The position numbers were made by a program, and so were the translations under genes. A model generated the notes under the pieces. It saw only the letters and a list, made by a program, of their open reading frames with translations. It ran no database searches and was not told where the DNA came from. 64,000 bases of DNA from Veleropilina oligotropha (lineage: Eukaryota): contig JBEUKZ010000073.1 in NCBI GenBank assembly GCA_048128005.1, positions 1 to 64,000 on the forward strand, read 5' to 3'. This document shows, one piece after another, positions 45,991 to 60,257 of this stretch; within the stretch, counting starts at the first letter, position 1, and the number at the start of each line of letters is the position of its first letter.

Positions 45991-47510
45991 GATTGATTGA
46001 TTTGATGTTTAACGATCAGGCCAACAATATTTCAGCCATAATCGGGTCGAGCGATTTGGAAGGTTAAAAGTACATGGTATATTAGAAACAGTATTCACTT
46101 TTCAAACGAGACATACAGTTAAATCATTATATATAAATTTAAAAATATAAATTTGCAATAAATTTTCTGCCAGCAAGAGCAAAGTAAAGGGTTTGTAAAA
46201 AAAAAATTGGTAAATTGTTAGCTTCCTAAAGTAAAAATGACATCAATTTTTAAATGACTAAATAGTTAATTTTTTACGTATTGGGTCTAAATGAATGCAG
46301 TTTGACTATTATGTTACAAGCACAAGGAATGCACTCAGGTGGTGGCTACCCTTTAAGCATACAGGAGTGAGTGTATTGAGAATGTCATCGACCAGACTGC
46401 GAATTGAACTTCTTCACGGCGTAGGGACCTGTAAAGGGGCCACATTCACCAAGAGGTCGAACATTCTGCAGTTCACCCCCCGTGCAACCACCCCAACAAC
46501 GTTGCCAGGTAGTTTGAATGTACTTATTTATATTGTTACAATCACGTTTTATAAATGATTATTAGGAAGGTATGATATTGTTCGACTGCTTGTGTGGTGG
46601 AAGTATATGTTTTTTGCTTGATCTAATTTTTACTTTGGTCTGATCCAATGAATGATTGACCTTCATTGGATCATCGGCAGATGACGGTTATTTATCTTTT
46701 GCCTGCCGAATAAGCTTAATTTTGGCTGATGTTGCCTTTCGAACTTTATCGGAGACAGCAGCCACTTCCGTAGTCAGTTCCTTCATGATGTTAACATGGA
46801 GATCACTTTGGTCATCTGATGGTTCGTTGTTGTCCATCATAAGACCAGAGCGATTATGCAGCTTAATGGGGTCATCAGACCCTTTGGGCTGCCTCTCTGT
46901 CTTAATCGTTTTCTTTCTTGAGGCTGCTACCTTGGGTACAGTCTCCTTTGACGAGTGTTTAGATGAGTTGCTAGATGAGTTAATTTAGAAGTTTGAGTTG
47001 ATTCAGATGATGACGATTTGATTTCAGTTGGCAAATTTGATGGTAGATGATAAAATTTCAAATGATGTTGCACCAAATGGCCAGGTGATATCGGTTTGCA
47101 CTGAAGAGGATCGAGTGATTGGTCTGGACTTCGCAGTTGCTGTAACTGCAGCAAAAGTTCGGCCCGAGGTCGTCCTGGATTCCATGAGTTTCCAGGCATC
47201 ACAAAAAGAGATCCGGTCAATGGTTTTGACACTCTGGAACTCTTTCTCGTGCTTCCATTTCGGGCAGTCCTTCGAGTAAGCGAAATGCTTGCCCTTGCAA
47301 TTATGGCAGTTGGGTGTGTTGGAGCAAGGGTCCGAATCGTGACCCTCTTTACCGCACCTAGCACACGCGGAGTTCCTTTTGCATCAGTCCTTGTGATAGC
47401 CAAATGATTGACATTTGAAGCATCTAAAGGGATTTGAGATGTAGGGCTCTACAGGGATGTTAATATAGCCAGCTATCACAAACTTTGGAAGCACCGGAAG
47501 GCAGAAATCC
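45990..47510 (-). mobile_element. Internally deleted Nimb-like LINE: ORF1 knuckle region joined to the ORF2 3' end and tail
   Basis: RCFKCQSFGYHKD; (TCAA)n tail with GATGTTTAACGA at 45992-46015. Confidence 0.8.
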
Positions 47511-47514
47511 AAGG

Positions 47515-47960
47515 ATAAAATTTGTAAACTTGTTGGTGAAGAATGTGTTATTAATTGTGAAATTGAGGGTATAAATGTTGAAGTTTTATTGGACACGGGT
47601 GCACAAGTGTCCAATTTACCATTGTCATACATGAAATTTTTCCTAGATTTGGATATTCGACCCTTGAGTGAATTAATCAACGTAAATGTAAGATCTGTAA
47701 GTGGTACCACAATTCCATTTGATGGTTGCCGTTGGATTAACTTGTCATTTTCATTGCCATTAGCAGAACAGACATTGATTATTCCGTTTTTGGTGATGTC
47801 CATGAGTACGGTTAAGAGGCCAATTGTAGGGTTTAATGCCATTTCAAAATACCAAAATGAAGTTGGGGTTCCAAGGTTCCAGGAACATATTGGGTCAGTA
47901 AAGCCAGAAATGTCATATCAGGTTGTATGTCAGCTGTCTGCATTATTGAACAACGATACG
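47515..47960 (+). pseudogene. Gypsy aspartic protease fragment
   Basis: LVGEECVINCEIEGINVEVLLDTGAQVS...PIVGFN. Confidence 0.8.
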
Positions 47961-47989
47961 GTAACTGGTCATGTACAAGCGGTTGGGGT

Positions 47990-48520
47990 TTTGGGCAGTT
48001 CATCCGCTTTGTTTTCGTCTAAACTGGCCGGTACACCATATGAAAGTCTGAAAATCAAAAAAGGCATATTTCACGAAGGTCTGCCCACCAAAGAAAATAT
48101 TGAATGGTTTGCAGATGGTGGACACGTTATCTTAGTTTTGGATGATCTGATGCTACGAATTGTCCAATCCGAGGACTGCGTTCATTTATTCACTGTTACA
48201 CCACATCATAAGAACGTGACCTGCATATTTATCACACGAAATCTCTATCCGCTAGGCAAATTTGCCAGAAGAATATCATTAAATTGCTCTTATTTTGTGC
48301 TATTTCGAAATTTAAGGGACACTAGACAAATCTTAACCTTTGGTTCGCAGATTTATGCAGGTCAATCTGCTTATTTTAAAGATGCATACGATAAAGCCAC
48401 TTCGGAAATTTACGGATATTTGATTATTGATTTGTCCTAGTTCTGATAAACAATTTCAATTGCGCACGCACGTATTTCCAAAAGAGCATCCAATTATATA
48501 TTTGCCAAAACGCGAGTAAT
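47990..48520 (+). pseudogene. Polinton packaging ATPase (FtsK/A32-like), C-terminal half
   Basis: FHEGLP, LVLDDLM (Walker B), HHKNVTCIFITRNL, ISLNCSYFVLFRNLRD, YGYLIIDL, LRTHVFP after a stop. Confidence 0.88.
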
Positions 48521-48537
48521 TATCATTTACATCAAAG

Positions 48538-48852
48538 ATGGCCCAAGCAATCACATCGAATGATGGGTTTCTTAGATTTTTACAAGAATGCAATCAAAAA
48601 AAAAGAAAAGCTTTACTTCAAAATTTAACTTAAGACCAAATGACAGCATTGTCACAAGTTTCATTGAACATTTTGAAAGGTCACGTGACCATCGATTCAG
48701 AATATATAAATATGCTACGCCCATACGAGGAGATTTTGTTGTTGAGCAGTCATGATGTCAGTCGTTTAAAGAAGAAAAAAGCATTGTCAAGTCATCAAGC
48801 ATTATTACCCTTACTGTTAAAGCCAATTCTACCCCTTCTCGAAGATGTCTAA
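48538..48852 (+). pseudogene. Small Polinton accessory ORF with an internal stop
   Basis: FLRFLQ...RKALL...ALSQVSLNILKG...LLPLLLKPIL, directly after the ATPase. Confidence 0.55.
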
Positions 48853-49541
48853 AGAAATGATATTAATAACCCAAGAAGAATATGATGAATTATTAAAGGA
48901 GAAGAAGAAAAAGAAACCCTTTGTGGCTGGCAAACTAGTGAATGGACCACCAGGAGAAAAACCATTTCAATGGCTTCCGAATTAATATGTATTATTATGG
49001 AAAAATAAAAATATTTTAACCAGTGTTTCGTCTCCCTTAGGACTCATCAGGCAGATTGGGTTATCTGCTACACATTTGGCCTTTGTGTCTAGCTCTTGAC
49101 ACATTTTTTTTTCTAGACGTCTTGCCCTTTTGACACAATGCATCAATGAATGATTCACCATTCCATTCCTATCTTTCGAGGCAATTATTTATTTAGAAAT
49201 ATAGAAGGCCTCAAGGGAGAATAGTTCTAAACTAATTGTTACCTTATATAAATAAAGTATTTATTATATTATGACAGGCAAATAATAGTGTATTTCGAAG
49301 CCTGATAGTATATGCTACAAATGTTTTATCTCTGGATTGATATTACAGTGCTTTCGCCTTAAATGTTAAATCATTGCTTGAGCAGAACTTGTAAATGTCA
49401 TAATAGCTGATGACGCAAACAGGGATGACACTAGATGAGATTTTTTTCTTGGCCATTTTTTTCCCTAGGCCACGTGTCCATCTTTTGACATATTCCCCCC
49501 ACCCCCCCAGGCCACGTGTCTATCTTTTGACACATTTTTTT

Positions 49542-50400
49542 TCAATATCCATATGGCAATGTATGAAAATTATCTAACAATGCACGCTTTGTTTAAACCA
49601 TTTGAAATTTTTTCTTTTCCTCTCTGTTATACAATCTTCTCTTTATCTTATCTCTACAAATTTTACTTGGGTTAGTAACAGTTATGGTTTTTTTGTTGTT
49701 AGTAGTTACAATTTCCTTGACTGCCTCAAAATTAATCAATTTACTGTTTGCATAATTTAGCGAGAAGCCTCTTATTTTACAACATTCTCTCCCCGTATTA
49801 GTTCTAAAAGCATAATATTTGGGGCCTCCCGATACAAATGCTTCAATGTAATCATCACCTTCCATTTCATTTGTCAATTGACCTAAATAATCACCTAACT
49901 GTACATCTGGCCGTCCAGGTCCAGTCACATATATCACAGAAACAGTGTCAAAATACAAAACATTTCGATCCAATTATAATATAGAGTACAATTTCAATCC
50001 AGCCTAACAAGTAGTGAAAGTTGTTATATAAATATTCGCTTTCTGGTATGAAAGCTTTCTTATGAGTGTATTCAAGATGTATCATGTTATGTGATAATAA
50101 ATGAGTCATGAATTTCTTTGGTGGGGTCTGCCAAAATCTGCAGAAATAGTTCGGCCTCATCGTCATGGATAAATTGTCTGTTTCAGATTCAATCTTTCGC
50201 CAAATTTGCCCCAAAATGCATTGAGAAATAATTTTGAAATTGATCTTAATCCAGAATTTTTATCAATATTATTTTCACCAAAAATTATCCCTTCATTTTC
50301 CTTGTAATTTTCAATGTATCGTTTTTATCATCATTTTTAATCCAAGATGGCCAACCACTTGCTTCCTGTTTGTATTTCAAAAATGTGTTTATGTAATATA
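49542..50400 (-). pseudogene. Canonical Polinton protein-primed PolB C-terminal fragment
   Basis: LKYKQEASGWP, KLFLNAFWGKFG, VLYFDTVSVIY, GDYLGQLTNE, GGPKYY, KIRGFSLN, TLPYGY*. Confidence 0.9.
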
Positions 50401-50509
50401 GGGAACCTCTCTCTCATGATCAAAGGAAATTGACCTGAGAGGCCATGAAATTAGCGTCACCAGAATCAGAATCGATGTTCAAGTTTTTACCTTTTACAGT
50501 GTTGATAGT

Positions 50510-51066
50510 TTGTTGTGTTGATGTCTTGTTGACATGTTTTGTTTGTTTGGCTCATCATCCAAGCTCCCCACCCACCAATTGAAGCACTACAAAAGGACAT
50601 TTAACGAGTGCAGATTTCCAGCACTCAATGCCGGGGATACAACGGTGACGTACTCAAACAAGAAATGAATATAGTGGTGAGAGTTGTTTTACCCACCATT
50701 CATTTCTCACTTGATTGACCCAGCCACCACCTTCTGGGATATACATCCCAGGGCTTGGCATGACAAGCCGATTGATCAGACGGCGTATCTGACCACCCTT
50801 CTAGCCGAATCCGAGGCCAAAGTAGTGTGTTGCACCAGCTTAAGCCAGCGGCTTAGGCCGAAGCTCAACTACCAGGATCTTCTTCTCCGAAACGACACGG
50901 GACGCCACCCATGGCAAACTCCCATTTGGGGGGATCGTACCCCTATACAGGGAGACCGCAGTCGGCAAATTCTAACCCCATACCGAAAGAGGTATACTCC
51001 CATTTGGGGGGATCTTACCCATCTGCAGGGAGTGGGCATATTCTAACCCCATACCGACAGGGGTAG
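50510..51066 (-). mobile_element. Family A LINE 5' UTR fragment with two tandem structured monomers
   Basis: Homologous to 34290-34808; monomers at ~50919-50994 and ~50997-51066. Confidence 0.85.
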
Positions 51067-51636
51067 GTTAACATGGAAATCTATCAGCATCCCAAATGTT
51101 AACATCCCTTACCAGTGATGGAAATGTTAAAAGTGGGAAAGCATTTAAAGGCCCTAGATCAAGGTAATTATTTCTTGCAGTTTGTTGTGTATTTATTAGA
51201 GTTTTTCCGTTATTGGGCTATCTACCCCTGGATATTTCATGCAGGGGTAATCTACATGTCTAACTGCGACACCGGCTCATTAAATCCGCTATGTTCAACT
51301 GCAGGTACATTAGACAATGACATTTTTCGTGATCTCCATGCAGAGAGAGTTCTGGTTCTTATCGTCTCTTATTGTAATGTGTATCATTGTAGGATAGCAC
51401 AATGGCGTCATGCGTAGGAGAGTGATCTGTACGGAGAAGGTCTGCCACACAACGTATATCGCTGTTGTTAATTAAGTATCTAATCAGCAAAAGTAATCAC
51501 ACACGCGAGAGCACACATATTGATCGTACAATAAAACTGTTAAATTAACCACACGTAAACGGCCAACGACCATATTCAATCTTATCTCCGACAATCACCA
51601 AATATTAACCCATGTTTAAATGAATATGAATACTTT

Positions 51637-52143
<507 letters not shown>

Positions 52144-53209
52144 TAGGTTAGATCATGCTAAAGAGTGTATATGTTGGATAGACACAGTTTTTCATCGTTG
52201 ATTAAGTGTGAAATCGGACCATTGTTCGAGTGCGAAGCACGAGTGCAATGATCCGATTTCACACTTAATCAACGGTGGAAAACTGTGTCTAGCCAACATA
52301 TTCACGAGTTACATGGTCTAACCGATTTAGGCGATACAGTAGAACAATAATTTATATTAGGTATTTTTCATGTAAGAGACGAAAACGATGTAGGACTTTT
52401 CCAAATTTAGAGATTTGACTGTGAGTTGTTGGATTTAGACTTCCAAGATGATGTTACTTCTCCGAAGAATGCAGTGAAGTCCACCCATTATTTGCAGGTA
52501 TAGGTATGATATTTGTTACGATTTACTGTTTTTCACAGGGGCAGATGCAGGATTTGGAGAATGTGAGTGTCCAACTTTATGAATTATACTATCAGCTGTG
52601 AAAAAAGTTGACAATTAACGGTGTGAAACCCTCTCCTACATTCTGACGTGGTAAAACGCGATAATTTTGACCATCAAATTTGTGATTGGTAAAAAAGTGG
52701 ATGACTGGATGTCTGGAACGCACCCGTTTGATTAAAATTATATCCGCCCATGTATTCATGTCATGCTCTGCGAATTTTCATTTAAATGTGTAAATACAAT
52801 ATAAAGTGATCATGAATTGTATCATCCTTTTGCTTGATATAATATACAATTTTAGCCTCAAATATTCTTAAAATATACTGTAAATAAGCATTTTAAACTG
52901 GTCAAATGGAGACCTGGGCCTCAAGATTATAAAGACTCTTATGAAACTCAGCTCAGACTCTGCAATGATCAAGAGTGTTGATTTGAGTACGAAACAGTCA
53001 CCAGAGTATGAGATCGTACTCAGCAGACCACTATAATCTTTGACCCTGACCACTTCAGCCGCCTGTTGAAAATTATCACATTTCATTGTTCAGGTTTGGC
53101 TAATAAACGACGCGTGAACATCAGCCCATTGTTTTCATATACCACGCTAAAAGTGAATATCAAAGATAGACACAGTTTTGTAACAAAAGAATCTCCATGA
53201 AGTATCGTC

Positions 53210-53214
<5 letters not shown>
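52144..53214. mobile_element. Non-coding foldback-type element: ~180-bp palindrome plus 13-bp inverted repeats
   Basis: Long hairpin 52146-52323 centred on CGAGTGCGAAGCACGAG; ATTTAGGCGATAC (52325-52337) vs GTATCGTCTAAAT (53202-53214); flanked by (TA)n. Confidence 0.6.
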
Positions 53215-53260
<46 letters not shown>

Positions 53261-53269
53261 ACATTATAA

Positions 53270-53410
<141 letters not shown>

Positions 53411-53814
53411 TATAAATAGTTCTGGTTATACATTAATTAATCCAGTATTTATTGTTTACTGTGTTGAAGAAGCTTTTCTATCCAGTAATACTTTGATATG
53501 CAAATGAACACATCAAGATACACGATCATGCAATTCGTGGCGCAGTGGCTTTATGCAAATTAGATGATGAGGTCATTTGAACGCTGCTATAAAATATCTT
53601 CACAGCTTCTATTTTATTTTAGTTCATTTAAAGCGATAGTGCTCTTTTCGATATGCGTGAACTTCTTGTTGTAGTGCAGGGGCGCAGGAGGTGCAGATTG
53701 TTAACCCAAACATTAGCAAATCTTTTGGTTTTGTTCCGCGTTCACACTCGATTATTCACCCAGTTTCACATGGTGCTCTTTTGCAAATGATCAATATAGG
53801 TGACATTGGCAGAT

Positions 53815-54138
53815 GCAGACCATCTGACCTCTGGTTGTTAACAGGTGAAACGAAGGATAGCTTTGCAAACTTGGTTGAAACTCTAAGAGACGCCGTGGAA
53901 AGACCAATGCGGGGACGGAATGTCAGAAGATGCCGACGTATGGCCCCAGAGTACGAAATACCACTAACGATAGTGTGGTTAAGACACTATCCGACGCTGA
54001 GCACCTTGTCGGGAGCCTTTTCCGCCAGTGTCACAAATATTCATGTACTACTTGTGGTTGTAATACAATCCATAAATGAAATTGTAGTGCCAAGAGAAGT
54101 ATACTGGCAAGACGAACGAACGTGGGACACTTTTCAAG
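53815..54138 (+). pseudogene. Harbinger/ISL2EU-type transposase N-terminal (HTH) fragment; second copy at ~63095-63417
   Basis: LWLLTGETKDSF..LV and LTIVWLRHYPTLSTLSGAFSAS. Confidence 0.6.
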
Positions 54139-54696
54139 GTATGAATATAATAAATTAACTAAAATATACCGTTAAATCTACCACATCGGCTACAAGTTGT
54201 TTTTTATCATGAAGGGGCATAACTTACTGGTGCATTTCAGCATAAGATAATTTTATGAATATAAATTAAACTACTACATTTAAAATAATGATATTTGTGT
54301 CTGAGATCGGCAGTTTATTGTATCCCTGAACAATAGTCGGGCATAGTATTTACGATTAGTCATTGCTCGGCCGCCGCAGAGATTTCTTGTGTGGGCACTA
54401 TATTGAAAAGTTCTAAACCGATTTCATTCAAAGTTGGTATGCGCGTTAGCTATACTGGGTCGATGATTTGCTAGTTATTTGCGGAATGTCACAGTATCGC
54501 CAGCAACTTAAATTTAATCGATTGCTAATCGTTGTCTTTTATTATCACAAAATTATTAAGTAGTTTGATCTGGATTGATCATGCAGCTGAACTCAATGAT
54601 CGTTACCGTGATCTAACTTTTTAATTACATTGTAGATTCCTCAATTCATTTTATTGACAAGATGTTCAAGTTAAATTATCATGTTTGTCATGTTAT

Positions 54697-55008
54697 ATAT
54701 ACATACACACACACATGCATGCATGCATGCATGCATGCATGCATGCATGCATGCATGCATGCATACATGCATACATGCATACATGCATACATGCATACAT
54801 GCATACATGCATACATGCATGCATGCATGCATACATGCATACATGCATACATGCATACATGCATACATGCATACATGCATACATGCATACATGCATACAT
54901 GCATACATGCATACATGCATACATGCATACATGCATACATGCATACATGCATACATGCATACATGCATACATGCATACATGCATACATGCATATATATAT
55001 ATAATATA

Positions 55009-55053
<45 letters not shown>

Positions 55054-55193
55054 CATATATATATATACATATACATACATACATACATACATACATACAT
55101 ACATGCATGCATGCATGCATGCATGCATGCATGCATGCATGCATGCATGCATGCATGCATGCATGTATGTATGTATGTATGTATGTATGTATG

Positions 55194-55277
<84 letters not shown>
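54697..55277. repeat. Compound microsatellite (CATG)n/(CATA)n/(TA)n
   Basis: Direct reading. Confidence 0.98.
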
Positions 55278-55281
<4 letters not shown>

Positions 55282-55389
55282 AAAATGAGGCTCCCAGCAG
55301 GAGGCACACATTAACAGGTCTCCGCAAGAAATGTGAGTAATGTCAATATTAGTATATTTAAAGTAATCCGATGAACTCCTAAATCTGTT

Positions 55390-56229
55390 ATGTCGAAAAA
55401 GAGAGCAATCGGCGATAGATCAGACGTCTCAGATTACGATTTAACTGATCTAAAGAAGACGAAAGAAATTGACTCGTCAATGTCAACAGAATATAGTGAA
55501 ATCGACATCAACAATATGGCGACTAACACGATTAGCGAAGAAGTTGACGATCATGCTTGTGAACTATTTATAAGCAATTTTCAAAACGCACTTAGAAATC
55601 CACTAACTCGTCAATTGCTGGGAGATATCATTAACAATGAATTAATTAAAAAAATCGAAATTCAAGAATCTGAAATTTCTGTGCTAAAAGATAAAGTTGA
55701 GTCGCTTGATCTAAAAAATGACGCCCTCGAACAATATACCCGTCGGAACTCACTACGTATATACGGCATTCCAGAAACGGATGGGGAAAATACTGACAAA
55801 GTAATTGTTGACTTCGTGAAAAAAGATCTGGATGTAACAATCTCCCTTGACAGTATTGACCGCAGCCATCGCCTCGGACGACCGAACGCCACTAGAGGTC
55901 CACGACCACTAATAGTAAAACTTATAAGTTACCGTACTCGGCAACTAATATACAAGAAGAGGACATCGCTACGTAGACGAGGCAACACGGTCTTCATAAA
56001 TGAAGACTTAACCGCACGACGAGCTCTTCTTGCCAAACGGGCGAGGGAAATTCGTAGAGATCGACCTCAACAGATCGCCAATACGTGGACTTCGGACGGT
56101 CGAGTTTTTATTGAAGAATCAGGCGCTCTAGGCGGAAACGTGAAAGTCATTAATAGTACTGAAGATTTAGCAAGATACCACCGACTAAACATTTCAATAG
56201 TCACGTCCACCCCAGCAACCCACCACTGA
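55390..56229 (+). CDS. LINE ORF1 (coiled coil plus L1-type RRM/CTD)
   Basis: LEQYTRRNSLRIYGIPE, IDRSHRLG, RPLIVKL, FINEDLT, WTSDGRVF. Confidence 0.92.
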   Translation: MSKKRAIGDRSDVSDYDLTDLKKTKEIDSSMSTEYSEIDINNMATNTISEEVDDHACELFISNFQNALRNPLTRQLLGDIINNELIKKIEIQESEISVLKDKVESLDLKNDALEQYTRRNSLRIYGIPETDGENTDKVIVDFVKKDLDVTISLDSIDRSHRLGRPNATRGPRPLIVKLISYRTRQLIYKKRTSLRRRGNTVFINEDLTARRALLAKRAREIRRDRPQQIANTWTSDGRVFIEESGALGGNVKVINSTEDLARYHRLNISIVTSTPATHH

Positions 56230-56519
56230 TTAAAAAACTTCGCTTCTTCATTATTAACATTGTTCAATACACCTCAAATATTTCAAAGATTATCATTATC
56301 TTATTATCATGATACTCCGAGTTGAGAACTTGGAAATATTCATTTATTATGAATCTATGTAAAATAGCTATATTTCGTGTGTCACGTGACTAGGAGGTGA
56401 ATATTACAAAGTTAATTATAATGAACTTAATTTATCAATCCATATATAGGGTTGCTTTGATTGGTTTCTTTTTTCTTTTAATTTCTTAGTGAATTTGCTA
56501 TTAATGAACTATATATTTC

Positions 56520-59500
56520 TTGCTGTTACGTGTCTCAATTGTACTCCATCTGTGTCCAATCTTTATTTATATACTACAGGCTATATTACTTTATTCTCGT
56601 GAAATATCAAACATGCCCATTGATAACTCATGTCATCGATTGAGAATTGGAATATTTCAAAATATTAAATTTACCAAAGTTCCATTTCAATTTAAATTCT
56701 CTGATCTCAGGGAAAATGGTTCAAAAGCACGTTTTAAATTATTTGTAGCATTGTTAACCTTTTCCTATAGTAGCTCCCAAATCGCGCTATTGCTGTCGTT
56801 GCTGATCATGATATGTGGCGATATACATCCAAATCCTGGTCCATTGACTCTACCAAAAAACGTAACTTTCTTTTTTAATAACATTCGAAGTTTACTACCA
56901 AATATGGACATACTTGAGGCAGAAATCAATAACTATGATATAATTGCACTGTGTGAAACATGGTTAGATGATACCATTTCTGATGACCAGTTATATATTG
57001 CAAATTATAATATATTGCGTAATGACCGTAATCGACATGGCGGCGGTGTTGTTTTGTACATTTCTAATAAATATAGTTTTTCTAGATTGAGACATATCGA
57101 GGTCCGCAGTGTTGAAATGATTTGCGCATCTATCAAAATCTATAATAAAAGTTTCATTATATGTTGCGTATATCGACCTCCGAATATAAATCTTACTGCT
57201 TGGCAAACTGATTTCATAACATTTCTTGAAGCTACCGAGCAAGTGACTACTCCTGTAATAATTTTTGGAGATCTAAACGTAAATTTTTTAAGTGAAAACT
57301 CTTTACCAACTCTAAATTTATTTCTAAGTTTTAATTTTTCTCAAATGGTTAACGCACCAACGCGAATAACCATTGGGTCCTCAACAATGATTGACGTTGT
57401 GTTTACAAATTATCCTGCGAATATTTCAAATACTACAGTATTGGATCCAATATGTAGTGACCATTGTCCAATAAAGATAATTTTACGATTGACGAAAAAA
57501 TCACCCGTGTGTTATACACGCAAAATTTGGCAGTACAACTTAGCGAATTATGACCTTCTCTCTGACTTAGTAAGAAATTTCCAATGGCAATGTATATTTG
57601 ATGAACCAGATATTGATGTAATGTCTGTAAATTTTAGCGAATCCCTTAAAAATATGATTAATGCATCAATTCCGTCCAAAATTGTCACTATCAGACCCAA
57701 CGATAAACCATGGTTTAAAAGTGACATCAAAAAGTGGATGCGGAAACGTAATCGAGTGCATGCACGGTGCAAGCGTGATAATACTCCACATTTATGGGCT
57801 AAATTTAGAAGATTAAGAAATAAGGTAATTGACCTTGTTCGATCTGCAAAACGAAATTATAATGATAATATATATAAAAAAATTAATCTTGACTCTAGTA
57901 AGTCTAAAACATGGTGGAAATTACTTAAATCTGCTTATGAGGTTAATAAAAATGATAAAATAAAATTTATTAAGAATACTGCTAATGTAGAAGTGACTGA
58001 TGATATAGAGATTGCTGATGTTTTGAATTCGCATTTCTGCAGAATATCTACGGTTGATGATAGTAACGCTGTCCTACCTGACCTCGAATTAAAAACAGAA
58101 CGTACACTGGACAATGTTATAATATACGAAGGAGATGTGTACGATGCTATAAAAAGCCTTAAGCATGGCAAAGCGTCTGGTCCAGACGATATAAATGCCA
58201 CAGTATTAATTCGGATAAATGCAGCCATAAGTAGACCACTTTGTATTCTCTTTAATAAATGCCTATGTGCAGGTATATTTCCTAGTATTTGGAAATGCTC
58301 AATAGTTGCACCGGTATTCAAGAAAGGAGACGCATGTGAACCCGGCAATTACAGACCGATTTCCTTAACAAGTCACATTGGAAAACTCTTTGAGAAGGCG
58401 GTATTCAAATATCTATACTCTTACTTAATTGCTAATAATCTTATTTACCCTTATCAATCAGGATTTTTACCAGGTCACTCGACGTCGTATCAATTACTTG
58501 AAATTTATAACAAAATAATGCTTGAATTAGATAATGGAAATTGTGTTACCTCAATATTTTGTGATGTATCAAAGGCTTTTGATAGAGTATGGCATCGTGG
58601 TCTTATTGCTAAATTATAATGTTACGGAATAACCGGTAACTTACTTGCCTGGTTCACAAATTACTTATCTGATAGGCTGCAAAGTGTTAGAGTGAACAAT
58701 TCTTTATCTACCCAACAACACGTTTATGCTGGTGTTCCACAAGGCTCGGTACTGGGTCCAATTCTATTTTTAATTTATATAAATGACATTATAGAAACCA
58801 TCAACTTCGGCGATACTAGGTTATATGCTGACGATACGTCATTATTGTACTCCCATTCGCCAGAGGTCAACATTGAAGACTCGATTAACTATGATATATC
58901 AAAACTTGTAGAATGGTCAAATATTTGGCTTGTTAATTTCAATGCTTCTAAAACCGAACACTTAATGATATCTCGAGCGCGAAATAACGTCCATCTAAAT
59001 CTAGTCATGGACAATGACCCAGTTACAACTGTTTTATCACACAAACATTTAGGATTGACTTTTAACAGTAATGGAACATGGAGTGATTATATCAATGGTA
59101 TGTTAAGTAAGTGCTCAAAACTGATAGGTGTTTTTCGAACATTCAAATACAAACTTAATCGAAAGACATTAAAAACAATATATGTATCATTTATAAGACC
59201 TCGTCTCGAATATTGCTCTGTTGTTTGGAGTAACTGTACAGAACAAGAATCAGACAACATAGAAAAAATTCAAAATGAGGCGATCCGAATAATTTCCGGT
59301 CTTCCGCAATGGTGTCAGCTCGATCGGCTTCGAAAAGAAATTGCAATTGAAAAATTAAAAACTAGACGGTCTAATCAAAGGTTATTTTTATTTTACAAAA
59401 TAGTAAATAATTTATGCCCACCGTACTTACATATGCTTTTACCTCCTACTATAGGACAGCTATCCCAGTATACAACAAGAAACAGTAGGACATATGCTAT

Positions 59501-59972
59501 CCCCTTGGCGCACACTGAATCCTATAAAAAATCTTTCTTCCCAGCGACAACAAACGACTGGAATAGATTACCAGCTGCTGTCAGGGAATCCGAATCATTG
59601 CAGATTTTCAAAAATAAATTTCGTAATCCAGAGCACAACGTCAATCATTTTGATTATGAACTTGATCGGAAGTCGGCAATTGCTCATTGTAGAATAAGAA
59701 ATCAGTGTAGTTGCCTAAACTATGACTTATATAGGATGAATATTATTAATAGCCCAGTATGCCTTTGTGGCTTCCCAATTGAAGATGCAAATCATTACTT
59801 TCTACACTGCCCTGAATATCACATCATTAGACAGATTATGCTTAATGATATTGGAATTCTAACTCCAATAAATACAATTCTATTTGGAAGAAATGAACTC
59901 GACACCGCCAGCAATATCTCAATTTTCAAATCGGTCCAGAGTTTCATAAGAAAATCTAACCGTTTTAATTAG
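56520..59972 (+). pseudogene. LINE ORF2 (APE, RT) with a single in-frame stop at 58617-58619
   Basis: NIRSL, CETWL, GDLN, SDH, YRPISLTS, DVSKAFD, GVPQGSVLGP, YADD; both ORF halves share one frame; first ATG at 56592. Confidence 0.93.
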
Positions 59973-60000
59973 TATCAAATTGTAAATATCTAAATAATAA

Positions 60001-60257
60001 TCTTAATATAATGGAGCTATAATTGTATGTGTGTGTGTCTGTCTGTCTGTTTCAAGTTGAACTCCTCCCAGACGCTTTGACCTAGGACCTTCAAACTTTG
60101 GGGGGTTAATCGGGGTCCCCCAAGGAAGGTTTACCCCGAAAAAAATTCGGAAAATTCGGAAAAAAAAATAAATATTTAAGGGAGCACTATCCAAAAAAAA
60201 AAAAAAAAAAAAATGGGGTGGGGGGACTTGCCCGTCGAAGACGGGTACCATAGCTAG
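60001..60257 (+). mobile_element. Non-autonomous Helitron, copy 2, inside the LINE 3' UTR
   Basis: A|TC...CCCGTC-GAA-GACGGG...CTAG|T. Confidence 0.88.

Noticed and set aside
47589..48440. Novel protease-ATPase fusion gene
   Set aside because: Both halves are truncated (no Walker A, premature stop) amid decayed fragments; best explained as a deletion junction.
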